Of a DNA stretch of 64,000 bases, positions 1-10,475 are shown piece after piece. Below the pieces are notes generated by a model that was not told the origin of the DNA, searched no databases, and worked only from the letters and a program-made list of their open reading frames with translations. Every line of letters begins with the position of its first letter. Position 1 is the first letter of the stretch. The position numbers and the translations under genes were made by a program. This DNA comes from Patescibacteria group bacterium (GTDB taxonomy: Bacteria; Patescibacteriota; Minisyncoccia; Phycocordibacterales; CAIRYW01): positions 1,033-65,032 of the forward strand of contig JAZKAJ010000011.1 of assembly GCA_040389185.1 (NCBI GenBank), given 5' to 3'.

Positions 1-675
1 GAGGAGTTTGATACGAGAAATAAGAAGATCATATGTTTCGTTGTCGAAATTAATGATATCGACAAGCACACCATCGAGTCGATATCTAAGACGCGTTACT
101 TTTTCTTCCGGTTCAATGTGAATATCCGATGCTTTAAGTGATATCGCCCCTGCCATTATGATACCGATGATCTTTGATACTCGATACACTCTTTTGACTG
201 CAATCGTTTCGTCAACAAGCTTTTGAATGTCGCTAATACTTTTTACTTTTTCACTCAGTTCCTGAATTTCTTCGCTTGAAATATCGAGGGACCCTGCTTT
301 GGTCGCCATGGCAAATGAGAGATCTTTGTATCGCCCCCATGCTTTTTCAAGACTCGCCATTGATACCATGTAGATATTTACTTTGTATTCCTTGTCTTGG
401 AGTTCTTTGATTATTTTTTTGACATCTTCTTTGTTAGGGGATTGGACAGCAATAGAGAGAATTTTTCCCACCATTTTAAATGTTGCACATTTTGCGGCTC
501 TAGCCTTATCTTCGGGTATCAGTCGAAGCGAATCGGTATTGATGGTGATTCCAGAGAGATCAACATAATCAACTCCATATTTTTTGGAAAGTATTTCCGC
601 GAGTTCCTCCTCCTCTTTTTTGCGGAGAGTATCAATTTGTGAACCTTGTTTGTCTTCGTCAAATACTATTGTCAT
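1..675 (-). CDS. pilB: Type IV pilus / T2SS assembly ATPase PilB/GspE, N-terminal part (C-terminus lies beyond the window start)
   Basis: Reverse-strand ORF starts at the ATG whose complement is 673-675 and is in frame through position 1. Translation MTIVFDEDKQ...KKYGVDYVDLSGITINTDSLRLIPEDKARA... is typical of the GspE N-terminal domain. The ATPase core then begins with ASDIHIEPEEKVTRLRYRLDGVL. Not in the ORF track because it has no stop within the window. Confidence 0.6.
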   Translation of the reverse strand, partial: MTIVFDEDKQGSQIDTLRKKEEEELAEILSKKYGVDYVDLSGITINTDSLRLIPEDKARAAKCATFKMVGKILSIAVQSPNKEDVKKIIKELQDKEYKVNIYMVSMASLEKAWGRYKDLSFAMATKAGSLDISSEEIQELSEKVKSISDIQKLVDETIAVKRVYRVSKIIGIIMAGAISLKASDIHIEPEEKVTRLRYRLDGVLVDIINFDNETYDLLISRIKLL

Positions 676-761
676 ATATGAAGTAGTATATCGTATTTGG
701 AATGGAGTATCTAGCGTAGGTTTTTGTATGAGGGACTAAAAGATTTGATATAATAGAACAT

Positions 762-1634
762 ATGAAACTAGATTCCGGATCAGTACATGTTAATAGTATT
801 ATGATCAAAGCATGTCTCTATTTCGGACTCATTTTTATAGGTGAGCTTGTGTTAGCTGAACTTCTTGAAAGATTTTATTCACCAGATAATGGCGCTCCAA
901 TTGCAGGATTTCTGAGTTGTATTGTTTTTGTTTTTTTCATGTATTGGCTCATGAAAACTTTTAGTGATGCTCAAAAGGGCTTTATGCAAACAGTGGCAAA
1001 AAAGTTTGGTTTTGATTATATCTACGAGAAAGGTCAAGAAAATGTTCTCGGTGGAAATCTTTCCCTATTCTCTTACGGGGATTTTAGATTTTTTAGTAAT
1101 GTGGTATTGGGAACTTACGATGGGCTTTCATTTAAAATTTTTAATTATTCATATTCAGATGGTATAAAAGTGGGGAGCCAAAAGGTTGAAAAGATGCTTT
1201 ATTCTGAAGACGGTAGGCATGTATTTACTGTTTTCGAATCCATTCACAAGTCTTCGGTATCTCAAATTATGATAAATCCTTCTTATAGTTTACTCAAGGC
1301 GGCAATAGACGGAAAGAAAACCCCATTTGTTCAAAAGCAGGAAGTGCCAAAACCAGCAGGTTTAAAGGAATTAAAACTCGAGGGTAATTTTAATGATTAT
1401 TTTCGTGTATTGTGCAAAGACGGTCACGAGGCGGAGGTTTATGAGTTGTTGACCCCTGATGTGATGGAATTTTTGATCAAAAATGCGAAAGATGTTGGAC
1501 TAGAGTTTAATACAGATCGAATGTATATGTATACCGATCATCTCATTTCGCAAATAGGGGAGATGAATAAAAATGTTGAATTGTTTGTAAGATTGAATAA
1601 CTTCATTGGACAACAATTAGAAAACATAAAATAA
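762..1634 (+). CDS. hypothetical membrane protein (two N-terminal TM helices, soluble C-terminal domain; possibly DUF3137-like)
   Basis: 290-aa ORF; hydrophobic N-terminus, then FSYGDFRFFSNVVLGTYDGLSFKIF region. No motif confidently recognised. Confidence 0.45.
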   Translation: MKLDSGSVHVNSIMIKACLYFGLIFIGELVLAELLERFYSPDNGAPIAGFLSCIVFVFFMYWLMKTFSDAQKGFMQTVAKKFGFDYIYEKGQENVLGGNLSLFSYGDFRFFSNVVLGTYDGLSFKIFNYSYSDGIKVGSQKVEKMLYSEDGRHVFTVFESIHKSSVSQIMINPSYSLLKAAIDGKKTPFVQKQEVPKPAGLKELKLEGNFNDYFRVLCKDGHEAEVYELLTPDVMEFLIKNAKDVGLEFNTDRMYMYTDHLISQIGEMNKNVELFVRLNNFIGQQLENIK

Positions 1635-1720
1635 TGATCGAGGCCAATATAGAAGTGCCTACTCTATTAGTAAGAATTAAAGCGGGGTATAATTAAATCG
1701 TTATTATTTAACATATTTTT

Positions 1721-2110
1721 ATGGCGATATTTACGGAATCTACAAAGACACTCAGGTGGTTTCTTATTATTCTTGGTCTCGTAGGAGTTGATATTACGGT
1801 TAATGGGTTAGGAGCTTTTCGTTATTTGGATGGATTAGGTGAGCTTGTTTTTATTATTTCAGCTATTATTAATGTGACGGTTTTATACTCTGGATTATTC
1901 TTTAATAGTCTCATTCAATCAAAGACGAATCTCATGATTAATTTCTTTTGGTTTTGTATTGTTTTTTATTTACTAAATACCATAAGACTTTATTTTATTG
2001 GCATACTAGGATTTAACAGAGTTGTGATTGAGATTATATTTCTGTTTATCCCCTATGTTATTATTGATAATATTAAAAGACTCTCTCAGAATAATATTCC
2101 TTGGAACTAA
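1721..2110 (+). CDS. hypothetical small multi-pass membrane protein
   Basis: 129-aa ORF, very hydrophobic, AT-rich; follows the upstream gene closely. Confidence 0.35.
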   Translation: MAIFTESTKTLRWFLIILGLVGVDITVNGLGAFRYLDGLGELVFIISAIINVTVLYSGLFFNSLIQSKTNLMINFFWFCIVFYLLNTIRLYFIGILGFNRVVIEIIFLFIPYVIIDNIKRLSQNNIPWN

Positions 2111-2113
2111 TAT

Positions 2114-2968
2114 ATGAATAAAGAAAAAATAATAAAATATGGTTTGTATTTAATTGCGCTCGCACTTCTCATTTATGTTGTAATTGATTATCCACTTTGG
2201 AATAGGCAAGAGCAACCCTCTTTACAAAACAATTCTCAATACACTAATACTGCACAAAATGAACCTGTACAAAGCGGGGAGGTAAAACAGGTTAATCCTC
2301 CAGAGCCAATAAGGAAACAACCACAGTTATCAGGGGATCATTTTCTGGACAATCAGGTGACTTTCTATACAGTTTCATCATCAGGAAAGAAAATAAAAAT
2401 CGAAATTGTGCCGTGCAAAGAAGGTGACAGAAGATTTTGTTTTGGAAGTGGCTCGATATTTGATCATAAAGATTTAAACGGGACAGATTATTGGAGTTTG
2501 ATTACAGATGGTGGGTACGATGGTATTGGTATAAATTATCACACTAAGGATTTTGATGAAAAAAATTATAATGTTTATGTTTACGATGATACCTCTAACA
2601 CTAATGATGCGGCTACAGCAATTGCAGATAATGTAATAAGAGGCAATGATACTTTACCTACAGAAGTAGGGCAATGCTCTGTGACCAAAGTAAAATTGGT
2701 TGGGAATAGACTCCAGGATGGACAAGGTGGACCTTTTATTAAAGATAGTGGAAGTAAGGTTGTGTATACAAACGGGGCGTATCAAACAAACTATGAACAG
2801 ATACCGGGTATAGATAATTCTAAGGTGGGGGATAGTGTGGTGCTTTGTCTAGTGTTACCCTCAAAGGCCTGCGCGCCAGGTTTGGATATGACAATGGATT
2901 TCAGTGCGACAAATGTTCGTACAGGAGAAAGTTGGGAGTCGTTAAACTATGAATGTACTGGAGTTTAA
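2114..2968 (+). CDS. hypothetical membrane-anchored/secreted protein
   Basis: 284-aa ORF with an N-terminal TM segment (LYLIALALLIYVVI) and a Gly/Asp/Thr-rich extracytoplasmic region; start codon 3 nt after the previous stop. Confidence 0.45.
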   Translation: MNKEKIIKYGLYLIALALLIYVVIDYPLWNRQEQPSLQNNSQYTNTAQNEPVQSGEVKQVNPPEPIRKQPQLSGDHFLDNQVTFYTVSSSGKKIKIEIVPCKEGDRRFCFGSGSIFDHKDLNGTDYWSLITDGGYDGIGINYHTKDFDEKNYNVYVYDDTSNTNDAATAIADNVIRGNDTLPTEVGQCSVTKVKLVGNRLQDGQGGPFIKDSGSKVVYTNGAYQTNYEQIPGIDNSKVGDSVVLCLVLPSKACAPGLDMTMDFSATNVRTGESWESLNYECTGV

Positions 2969-2987
2969 TGTACTTCTTTAAGTTTTA

Positions 2988-3029
2988 AAAACAAAACCCT
3001 TCGCCTTAGGCGAAGGGTTTTGTTTTTAA
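2988..3029. terminator. bidirectional intrinsic terminator hairpin
   Basis: aaaacccttcgcc-ttag-ggcgaagggtttt with flanking A and T runs, between convergent genes. Confidence 0.55.
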
Positions 3030-3050
3030 TTACTGTAAGAGACGAGGTAA

Positions 3051-3314
3051 TTAAAATCCAATAAACATCATTGCAAAGAAGACGACTGGTATTATGATGC
3101 TACTCAATATCAATCCGATCCCAAATCTTCTTTTATTTTGGTAGATCATAAAGATGGCGCCAAGAATTATGAGCAAAGGGAAAAGTGTGAGAAATCCTTT
3201 CCATACAAACTCATTCCAAATAGGATTTGAGAGTATGATTAGGCACCCAAGTGTTGCATAGATGATCGCACATCCAACCCCGACCAATATTCCAGTTTTG
3301 ATTTTATTTTGCAT
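3051..3314 (-). CDS. hypothetical small membrane protein
   Basis: 87-aa ORF, three predicted TM helices. Confidence 0.35.
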   Translation of the reverse strand: MQNKIKTGILVGVGCAIIYATLGCLIILSNPIWNEFVWKGFLTLFPLLIILGAIFMIYQNKRRFGIGLILSSIIIPVVFFAMMFIGF

Positions 3315-3321
3315 ACCTTTA

Positions 3322-4836
3322 TTAGATATCTAATTTAACAGAACTAATCATCTGTTGAAGTTTTTGGTCTGTGTCCGCAGCTTTTTCTAAAGGACTTATA
3401 CCAGAAAATTCTACCGCAATCTTTCCAAGAACAATCGAGTATCTTTTGTCAACAACTTCAACCCCATTCTTACCCTTAAGTCTTATCTCAATAACTGCCA
3501 CATTCTTGTTTTGAGGCCATTTTGCAAAAGTGTAGTTTTCGATTGCGCCACTTTGTTTTTTCTTTTCAAGTAAATTTCTGTAGTCTGTTTGGAGTGTGTA
3601 AGAATCAGGCCCTTCTTCTTTTAGATTGGTTATAAAAAGATCCGCATAACTATCTGTTTCATCAGAATTTTTGCTACTAAAAGTTGCGTCTGCACCATAT
3701 GATGAATTGGCCGCATATCTTTTCCAGTCCTTGTCATAATTAAACGCGATGCCGAACCCTCGAAATAGATTCACGTCTTTTCCATCAACTGTTATTTGTT
3801 GGGTTCCTCCTCCTTGTTCTGCATTTATTTGATCTGAGAAACTTTGCATATCTGCCTGGTTTGATTGTTCATTCATTGTTGCCGCCTTTGTCGCTTTTTC
3901 TTTCATACTGTCTAGAGAATTTTGTGTTGTGACAGTTATAAAATACATAAGTCCAATCCAAAGTCCAAGTCCGATGCAGGCAATGAGTATTGGTTTTTGG
4001 AGACTATTTCCAATCTCTCCCTCAGACTTAGTCTTCAGTGTTTTGTATATTGTTGAAGATACCGAAATCATGGACACTGCGCTTACAACACCTATTAGGA
4101 ATGTGAGGATTCCTGACACCCATAAAACAGCCCTTTGGAGTATTTGAATTGAACTTAGTATTTTTGCAATAACTGTCAATATGAAAGTTGCCGCCACAGA
4201 AAAAATAATCATAAGGATCATACTAAAGATTAGGACTGCGAACACTCTAAACCAGACTCCTTTTACATAGTAGATACTTTTAAGAATTGATTGCTTTACT
4301 GTTGTTCCTTGATCTATGAACAAAAACATAGCAAGGGATAAGGCAACAAAATAATAGATTCCCGGTATCAAGAAAACAACTGCTGAAAAAGTTGAAATAA
4401 AATACGCACTGATTAGTAGCCCCAAGACTTTAATTTTTTGTTTGAAACCTCCTCGGAGTGAATTAATAAGTGACATCTTTTCCTCTGCAAGACTTAATTT
4501 TATTAGTGAAGTTAAGAGGAACGAAAGCAATATGAGCATGATCCCACCGAATACAACCATTGATGCAAAAAATATTGTAAATGTTGGAGAACCTACTGAG
4601 CCGATGGTATTAATAATCCCTAAAGTATAAACATAATACAGATCCGACAGATGTGCCCCGGCTAACAAAATATTTATAATAATGGTCAAAAGGAGGCCAA
4701 TAATATAAAAAAGTCCAAAAGCGGCTATTGCGAGTGCTTTCGGAGTAAAGTTATGAAATATATTTTTAATTGAGTTTCTTACTGTTTCCCAGACTTTTAA
4801 TGTTATTGGTGCTGGGGCGTTTGTTATTTCGTCCAT
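3322..4836 (-). CDS. hypothetical polytopic membrane protein with a C-terminal extracytoplasmic domain
   Basis: 504-aa ORF; about 8 hydrophobic helices in the N-terminal 300 aa, then a soluble Asn/Asp/Lys-rich domain. Confidence 0.45.
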   Translation of the reverse strand: MDEITNAPAPITLKVWETVRNSIKNIFHNFTPKALAIAAFGLFYIIGLLLTIIINILLAGAHLSDLYYVYTLGIINTIGSVGSPTFTIFFASMVVFGGIMLILLSFLLTSLIKLSLAEEKMSLINSLRGGFKQKIKVLGLLISAYFISTFSAVVFLIPGIYYFVALSLAMFLFIDQGTTVKQSILKSIYYVKGVWFRVFAVLIFSMILMIIFSVAATFILTVIAKILSSIQILQRAVLWVSGILTFLIGVVSAVSMISVSSTIYKTLKTKSEGEIGNSLQKPILIACIGLGLWIGLMYFITVTTQNSLDSMKEKATKAATMNEQSNQADMQSFSDQINAEQGGGTQQITVDGKDVNLFRGFGIAFNYDKDWKRYAANSSYGADATFSSKNSDETDSYADLFITNLKEEGPDSYTLQTDYRNLLEKKKQSGAIENYTFAKWPQNKNVAVIEIRLKGKNGVEVVDKRYSIVLGKIAVEFSGISPLEKAADTDQKLQQMISSVKLDI

Positions 4837-4922
4837 AAATTATTTATAATTTGTAATACTGATATTGTATCATAGGCGTTTGTGTATTATAGTTTGGGTG
4901 TTAATAAATAACTTAAATTTAT

Positions 4923-5204
4923 ATGGATGGAATGGAACAACAGTCACCTCAAGAGGCTTTAGAATCAGACATGGTTATTCTTGCGGATTTAATGAGTCTC
5001 TATAAAAAAGAAAGAACACCAAATGAAAGTGTTGGAGAAAGGGTCCCTGAATCGGCAGAAATTACAGAGTTTATTGTAACAAGTATGGTGCCAAATTTAA
5101 CCAAGATTAATAACGTTAATGAAAAAGGGGAAATCAAGAATGCAATTGACCGACAACTTAAGGGGGCTGGTATTTCTATGCCTGTCGACCTTCTTCATGC
5201 TTAA
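4923..5204 (+). CDS. hypothetical protein
   Basis: 93-aa ORF immediately upstream of tsaE (stop at 5204, tsaE ATG at 5208). Confidence 0.3.
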   Translation: MDGMEQQSPQEALESDMVILADLMSLYKKERTPNESVGERVPESAEITEFIVTSMVPNLTKINNVNEKGEIKNAIDRQLKGAGISMPVDLLHA

Positions 5205-5207
5205 TAT

Positions 5208-5642
5208 ATGATTTCTCGATCTTTTGACGATACAAGACAATTTGCAAAGGAATTGATTGTTAAAATATCAAAGAACACTTCAGACCGAGCCGTAGTTTTA
5301 GATTTGAAAGGAGATTTAGGTGCAGGAAAGACTACTCTTGTGCAGATGATTGGAAGAGAACTCGGAGTTACAGAAACGATGCAGAGTCCCACATTTGTCA
5401 TAATGAAGTCCTACAAAACAACAAACCCTCGATTTAAAACATTGGTACATATTGATGCATATAGAATAGAACAAATAGATGAGGTGAAGATTTTGCGACT
5501 CGAAGAAGTTTTCGCTGAGTCTACAAATCTTGTTTGTATCGAATGGGCAGACAAAGTAAGAGAAATAATGCCTAATTGGACTGTAAAAATTGAGTGTACT
5601 CTTCTTGAAAACGACGAACATCAATACAGGATACACGAGTAA
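5208..5642 (+). CDS. tsaE: tRNA threonylcarbamoyladenosine biosynthesis protein TsaE (YjeE ATPase)
   Basis: P-loop GDLGAGKTTLVQ followed by SPTF and HIDAYRI motifs; length 144 aa is typical of TsaE. Confidence 0.75.
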   Translation: MISRSFDDTRQFAKELIVKISKNTSDRAVVLDLKGDLGAGKTTLVQMIGRELGVTETMQSPTFVIMKSYKTTNPRFKTLVHIDAYRIEQIDEVKILRLEEVFAESTNLVCIEWADKVREIMPNWTVKIECTLLENDEHQYRIHE

Positions 5643-5685
5643 CCTTATGTAAGATTCTTTCCACTTTTTCTGCTAAAATACCTTC

Positions 5686-8079
5686 ATGGCCACTAAATCT
5701 AAAAAAGACACAAAAACCCTCGTCCTCCTCGATGTTCACGCGATTATTCATCGTGCGTATCATGCCCTTCCAGATTTTGCTTCGAGCAAAGGTGAGCCAA
5801 CAGGTGCACTCTATGGGCTTTGCCTCATGCTCTTTAAACTTATTGAAGATTTCAAGCCGGACTATATCGCTGCTTGTTTTGATCTTCCGAAGCCCACTTA
5901 TAGACACCTAGCATACGACGGGTACAAAGCGGGACGAAAGAAAACTGATGATGAACTCGTCTCACAGCTTATTCGTTCGCGAGAAGTGTTTCGTGCATTT
6001 TCAATTCCAGAATACGACAAAGAAGGATTCGAAGCTGATGATATGCTCGGAACTATTGTTGAACAGATGAAAGATGAGAAGGGAATCGAGATTGTGATTG
6101 CATCAGGAGATATGGATACAATGCAGCTCATTGAAGGTGATCGGGTCAAAGTGTTTACTCTTCGCAAAGGTGTTAAAGACACTGTGACTTATGGCGAGAA
6201 AGAAGTGGTAGAGCGATTTGGATTTAAACCGTTACAGCTCACTGACTATAAAGGACTTCGAGGAGATACATCAGATAATATTATAGGGATCAAAGGTATT
6301 GGAGAAAAGACTGCAACAACGCTCATTCAAGAATTTGGAACGATAGAAAATATGTATGCAAAAATTGAAGCCGGCAAGAAAGAAGAATTCAAAAAGATCG
6401 GAGTGACTGAGAGAATTTACGAACTTCTCGCAAACAACAAAGACGAAGCGGTGTTTTCAAAAATGCTTGCGACAATTCGTCGTGATGCGCCAATCGATTT
6501 CAAACTCCCTGACTCAACCTGGAGAGAACATATTGAGACAGAAAAGGTCAAAAACATGTTGAAATCATTCGATTTTCGAAGCATGGTGCCACGAGTTGAT
6601 GTGGTATTCGGAGATACGAGCTTAGAAGCTGAGGAGCTTAGAAGCTTAGAAGGAAAAACAAAAAAACAGGAGGAGGTTGCTCATAATTTATCTGATGAAG
6701 AAATTGAGAAACTAAAGATTGCAACATTTGTTTTGAATTCAACAATCAGTAATCCGGAACTTTCTGATGTGATCGCCTTTTCTGAACACGAGGATGCAGA
6801 TGAGGCCAAGAAAAATATTTTAAATGAAATCAAAAAGAAGGGTCTTGAATTTGTATACGAAAAGATCGAACTTCCGCTCATTCCGATTATCAAAAAAATG
6901 CATGATATTGGTGTAGCTATTGATGCTGACTATCTCAAAAAGCTCGCTAAGGACTATCATAAAGAACTCGACAAAATAGACAAGAAAATATTTGAACATG
7001 CAGGACACGAGTTCAATGTTGATTCACCAAAGCAGCTCGGTGTTGTGCTTTATGATGAATTGAATCTCGTCGGCAAGAACATGAAAAAGACCGCGGGTGG
7101 TGCGAAGTCGACCAAAGAAAGTGAACTCGAAAAACTTAAAGACTTACACCCGATCATTTCACTCATCATGGAACATAGAGAGCTCGCAAAACTTCTGGGC
7201 ACCTATATCGATGTGATCCCAACACTTCTTGATGATAATGGACGACTCCATCCAACATTCATTCAGACAGGTGCTGCGACAGGGAGAATGGCTTCAAAGG
7301 ATCCTGGAGTACAAAATATTCCAATTAAAACAGAGCTCGGACGAGCGATCAGAAATGCATTCATAGCAGAAAAAGGATTCAAGCTTTGTGCCTTTGACTA
7401 CTCACAGATCGAGCTTCGAATCGCGGCAATACTTTCTGACGATCAAAAACTCCAAGAGATTTTCAAAAGTGGAGAAGATGTTCATTCAGGAGTAGCATCA
7501 CAAGTCTTTGGAGTACCGATAGAGGAAGTAACTAAAGATATGCGACGAAAAGCGAAGGTGATTAACTTCGGGATCCTTTATGGAATGGGAGTAAATGCGC
7601 TCAAAAGTAATCTCGGAAGTACTCGAGAAGAGGCGCAGAGATTCTATGATGATTACTTCAAAACATTCTCGACTCTCGCAGAATATCTCGAAAACACCAA
7701 GAAAGAGGCTGCCAAAAACGGTTTTGTTACAACGATGTATGGAAGAAGAAGATATTTTGAAGGTATCAAATCCCACCTTCCGTTTATCCGTGCCGCTGCA
7801 GAGCGAATGGCTATCAATGCGCCGATACAGGGGACACAGGCAGATATTGTAAAACTCGCAATGACTGAGATAGATCGGATTTATGGGGATGATAAAGATG
7901 TGAGACTTCTCCTTCAAATTCACGACGAGCTTATCTATGAGATTAAAGAAAGTAAGGTGAAGGAGGTGTCAGAAAAAATAAAAAGTGTGATGGAAAACAT
8001 AATGGATCCAAAGATGACAAAAGGTGTGCCTATCGTAGCCAATGCATCATGTGGAGATGATTGGGGAAACTTGAGGTAA
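5686..8079 (+). CDS. polA: DNA polymerase I (5' nuclease plus family A polymerase domain; short or absent 3'-5' exonuclease region)
   Basis: 797 aa. N-terminal 5'-3' exonuclease motifs (LLDVHAIIHRAYHA, GIKGIGEKTA); polymerase motifs DYSQIELRI, RRKAKVINFGILYG and QIHDELIYE. Confidence 0.9.
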   Translation: MATKSKKDTKTLVLLDVHAIIHRAYHALPDFASSKGEPTGALYGLCLMLFKLIEDFKPDYIAACFDLPKPTYRHLAYDGYKAGRKKTDDELVSQLIRSREVFRAFSIPEYDKEGFEADDMLGTIVEQMKDEKGIEIVIASGDMDTMQLIEGDRVKVFTLRKGVKDTVTYGEKEVVERFGFKPLQLTDYKGLRGDTSDNIIGIKGIGEKTATTLIQEFGTIENMYAKIEAGKKEEFKKIGVTERIYELLANNKDEAVFSKMLATIRRDAPIDFKLPDSTWREHIETEKVKNMLKSFDFRSMVPRVDVVFGDTSLEAEELRSLEGKTKKQEEVAHNLSDEEIEKLKIATFVLNSTISNPELSDVIAFSEHEDADEAKKNILNEIKKKGLEFVYEKIELPLIPIIKKMHDIGVAIDADYLKKLAKDYHKELDKIDKKIFEHAGHEFNVDSPKQLGVVLYDELNLVGKNMKKTAGGAKSTKESELEKLKDLHPIISLIMEHRELAKLLGTYIDVIPTLLDDNGRLHPTFIQTGAATGRMASKDPGVQNIPIKTELGRAIRNAFIAEKGFKLCAFDYSQIELRIAAILSDDQKLQEIFKSGEDVHSGVASQVFGVPIEEVTKDMRRKAKVINFGILYGMGVNALKSNLGSTREEAQRFYDDYFKTFSTLAEYLENTKKEAAKNGFVTTMYGRRRYFEGIKSHLPFIRAAAERMAINAPIQGTQADIVKLAMTEIDRIYGDDKDVRLLLQIHDELIYEIKESKVKEVSEKIKSVMENIMDPKMTKGVPIVANASCGDDWGNLR

Positions 8080-8165
8080 GTTAACAAGTGGCAAGTATTC
8101 AAGGATCCAAGTGAATTGAAAACTTGAACCTTGAGACTTGAATACTTTAAATTTTTAATTAAAAA

Positions 8166-8888
8166 TTGAGCATGATCTACTTTTACTACGGAACAGATAG
8201 AGAAAAGATTCAAAAGACTGCACGAGCAACTTTTGATGCTCTACAGAAGAAGAAGCCAGACGCGAGCTTCGTTTCTTTTGGTGTAGAAAATCTTGATGAA
8301 AATATACTCCAGGAGATTACTGCATCCCAAGGACTTTTTGAGCGAAAGGTTGTTGCGAAGATTGCTGATATAATGGAAGACAAAGAAAAAAGTGAACTTG
8401 TTTTGAAATTCTTGAAGGAAATGAAAGCAACAGAAAACATCATTGTCTGGTCAGAAGGCGAAGTTAATAAGGCACCACTTGAGAAAATAAAAAAATACGC
8501 AGAAAAAGTAGAAGAATTTGGAGTCAAACAAAAAGCAGAAAAGAAATTCCCGAGTATTTTTAAAATGACTGATGCGATAGGGGACAAAGACAAAAAGAAT
8601 GCGTGGGCACTCCTTAGAAATGAGCTTGATCAAGGGACTGCAGACGAGGAACTTCACGGAACAATATTTTGGCAAATGAAATCAATCCTTCTTGCAAAGA
8701 AAACAAAAGGGGCCGACGAAGCGGGGCTTAATCCATATGTATATAGCAAAGCAAAATCTTTTTCTCGAAACTGGGAAGAGAAGGAATTAAATAATGCTAT
8801 TTCAAGTCTTATTGATATGTACCACAAAGCGCACAGAGGACAAGTGAATTTTGAAACAGAACTTGAGAGATGGATGCTCTCAATATAA
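8166..8888 (+). CDS. holA: probable DNA polymerase III delta subunit (short form)
   Basis: N-terminus IYFYYGTDREKI resembles the HolA start (YLLYGEE...) and the gene sits next to polA. Weak similarity only. Confidence 0.4.
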   Translation: MSMIYFYYGTDREKIQKTARATFDALQKKKPDASFVSFGVENLDENILQEITASQGLFERKVVAKIADIMEDKEKSELVLKFLKEMKATENIIVWSEGEVNKAPLEKIKKYAEKVEEFGVKQKAEKKFPSIFKMTDAIGDKDKKNAWALLRNELDQGTADEELHGTIFWQMKSILLAKKTKGADEAGLNPYVYSKAKSFSRNWEEKELNNAISSLIDMYHKAHRGQVNFETELERWMLSI

Positions 8889-8903
8889 ACCTAATAAATA
8901 TTT

Positions 8904-9452
8904 ATGAATCATAAAACCAGAATTGTAATTATTGTCACTCTATTGATTGTTTTTGTTCTGGGTATATATGAGCTTCAATCTCTCGAAGAAAAAGTCAATT
9001 TAAAAAATGATCCTATAACATCTATAGATGCGACAAAATCACCTATTGCAAAAGAGGATCTTGCCAAACTTTCGAATGCCGAATGGAAAAACAGACTAAC
9101 TCCAGAGCAATATGCAGTTCTTAAAGAGGGTGGGACCGAGATTCCTTTTACAAGCGATCTGCTTCATGAGACTCGCCCAGGAACTTTTGTCACAGCAGAC
9201 TGTGGTGAGCCTGTATTTCGGTCAGAGGCTAAGTTTGATTCTGGTACAGGATGGCCTAGTTTTTTTGAACCGATTAAAGGGTCTGTTATTGAAAATACTG
9301 ATACAAGTTTTGGCATGGAAAGAATCGAGATTGCCTCTGCAATTTGCCATAGTCATCTAGGACATGTTTTCGATGATGCGCCACAAACTCCAACGGGACT
9401 TCGGTATTGTATAAATGGAGTCGCACTGATCTTTATACCTGATAAGAAATAA
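8904..9452 (+). CDS. msrB: peptide-methionine (R)-S-oxide reductase MsrB with N-terminal membrane anchor
   Basis: SelR-domain motifs CGEPVFRSEAKFDSGTGWPSF and HLGHVF...GLRYCINGVAL; N-terminal TM helix. Confidence 0.85.
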   Translation: MNHKTRIVIIVTLLIVFVLGIYELQSLEEKVNLKNDPITSIDATKSPIAKEDLAKLSNAEWKNRLTPEQYAVLKEGGTEIPFTSDLLHETRPGTFVTADCGEPVFRSEAKFDSGTGWPSFFEPIKGSVIENTDTSFGMERIEIASAICHSHLGHVFDDAPQTPTGLRYCINGVALIFIPDKK

Positions 9453-9578
9453 GAAACAAAAAAATGCCTCGAAAGAGGTGTTTTTGTTTCCCGTAGAGCT
9501 GCACCTCTTTTAATTTCTCTCTCGTATCAATTATCACAAGCTGCAGTAAAGCTTGGTACTACTAGTAATATATAAATT

Positions 9579-10397
9579 ATGATACAAAAGAAAATTTTTA
9601 CATTAGGATTGCTCGCTATTATGGCGCTATTTGCAGCTACGACAGTTTTTGCAGATACAAATCAGACTAATCAAGGCGGAGGACCAGGTGGATGGCAAGG
9701 GCAAGGTGCTCCACGAATGCAGGGAGGACCACGAATGATGAATGGAGGACCAGGTGGAAAAGGTATGATGGCAAAACCTGCAGTTGTAGGTAAAGTTGAG
9801 TCTATTTCAGGCAACACTCTCACGATAACAAGTAGAGGATTTGGTCAAAATGCCGCAACCACAACATATTCTGTAGATGCTTCTCACGCAATAATCTTTA
9901 AGGCAAATGCAACAAGTACTCTCTCAAGTATTGCGACTGGAGATAATGTGATGGTAGAGGGTTCTGTTTCTGGTACAAATGTTACTGCAACAACAATTCG
10001 TGACGGTCTAGGTATGATGGGAAGAGGGGGTGTACTACCAGAAGGATTTTCAGGCAATGGTCAGCCTGTGGTTGCGGGGAATGTTACAGCTATCAGTGGT
10101 TCTACAATTACAATCTCAAATGAAAGTAATGTGACTTACACAGTGGATGCAACTAACGCAAAAGTCATGAAAGGGCGAGATGCAGGAGTTATTGGAGATG
10201 TTGCCGCGGGTGATCATCTTGTTGTTCAGGGTACTGTAAATGGTAGCTCAATTTCTGCAACAACGATATTTGATCAGAAGGTACCAACAGGGAATGGAGA
10301 TAATTCTAACGGGCAAGGAGACAAAAACGGAGGACAAATCCACCCAGGATTCTTCGGGGCAATCAGAGGATTCTTTGGAAAGTTGTTTGGATTCTAA
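9579..10397 (+). CDS. secreted glycine-rich protein with two tandem beta-rich repeats (DUF5666-like)
   Basis: Signal peptide, GGPGG repeats, and an internal duplication (GNTLTITS...VSGTNVTATTIRDG versus GSTITISN...VNGSSISATTIFD). Confidence 0.5.
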   Translation: MIQKKIFTLGLLAIMALFAATTVFADTNQTNQGGGPGGWQGQGAPRMQGGPRMMNGGPGGKGMMAKPAVVGKVESISGNTLTITSRGFGQNAATTTYSVDASHAIIFKANATSTLSSIATGDNVMVEGSVSGTNVTATTIRDGLGMMGRGGVLPEGFSGNGQPVVAGNVTAISGSTITISNESNVTYTVDATNAKVMKGRDAGVIGDVAAGDHLVVQGTVNGSSISATTIFDQKVPTGNGDNSNGQGDKNGGQIHPGFFGAIRGFFGKLFGF

Positions 10398-10475
10398 TTT
10401 AAATTAAGCGACATTCGAAAATAGGGCCACCTCGAGAGAGGTGGTTTTGTTTTGTATAGAAAATGATAGTATTGG

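Noticed and set aside
3929-4630. Small + ORFs (72 and 62 aa) inside the 504-aa membrane-protein gene, and similar antisense ORFs inside polA, holA, the histidine kinase and others
   Set aside because: They are antisense or embedded ORFs within well-supported genes; nothing supports them.
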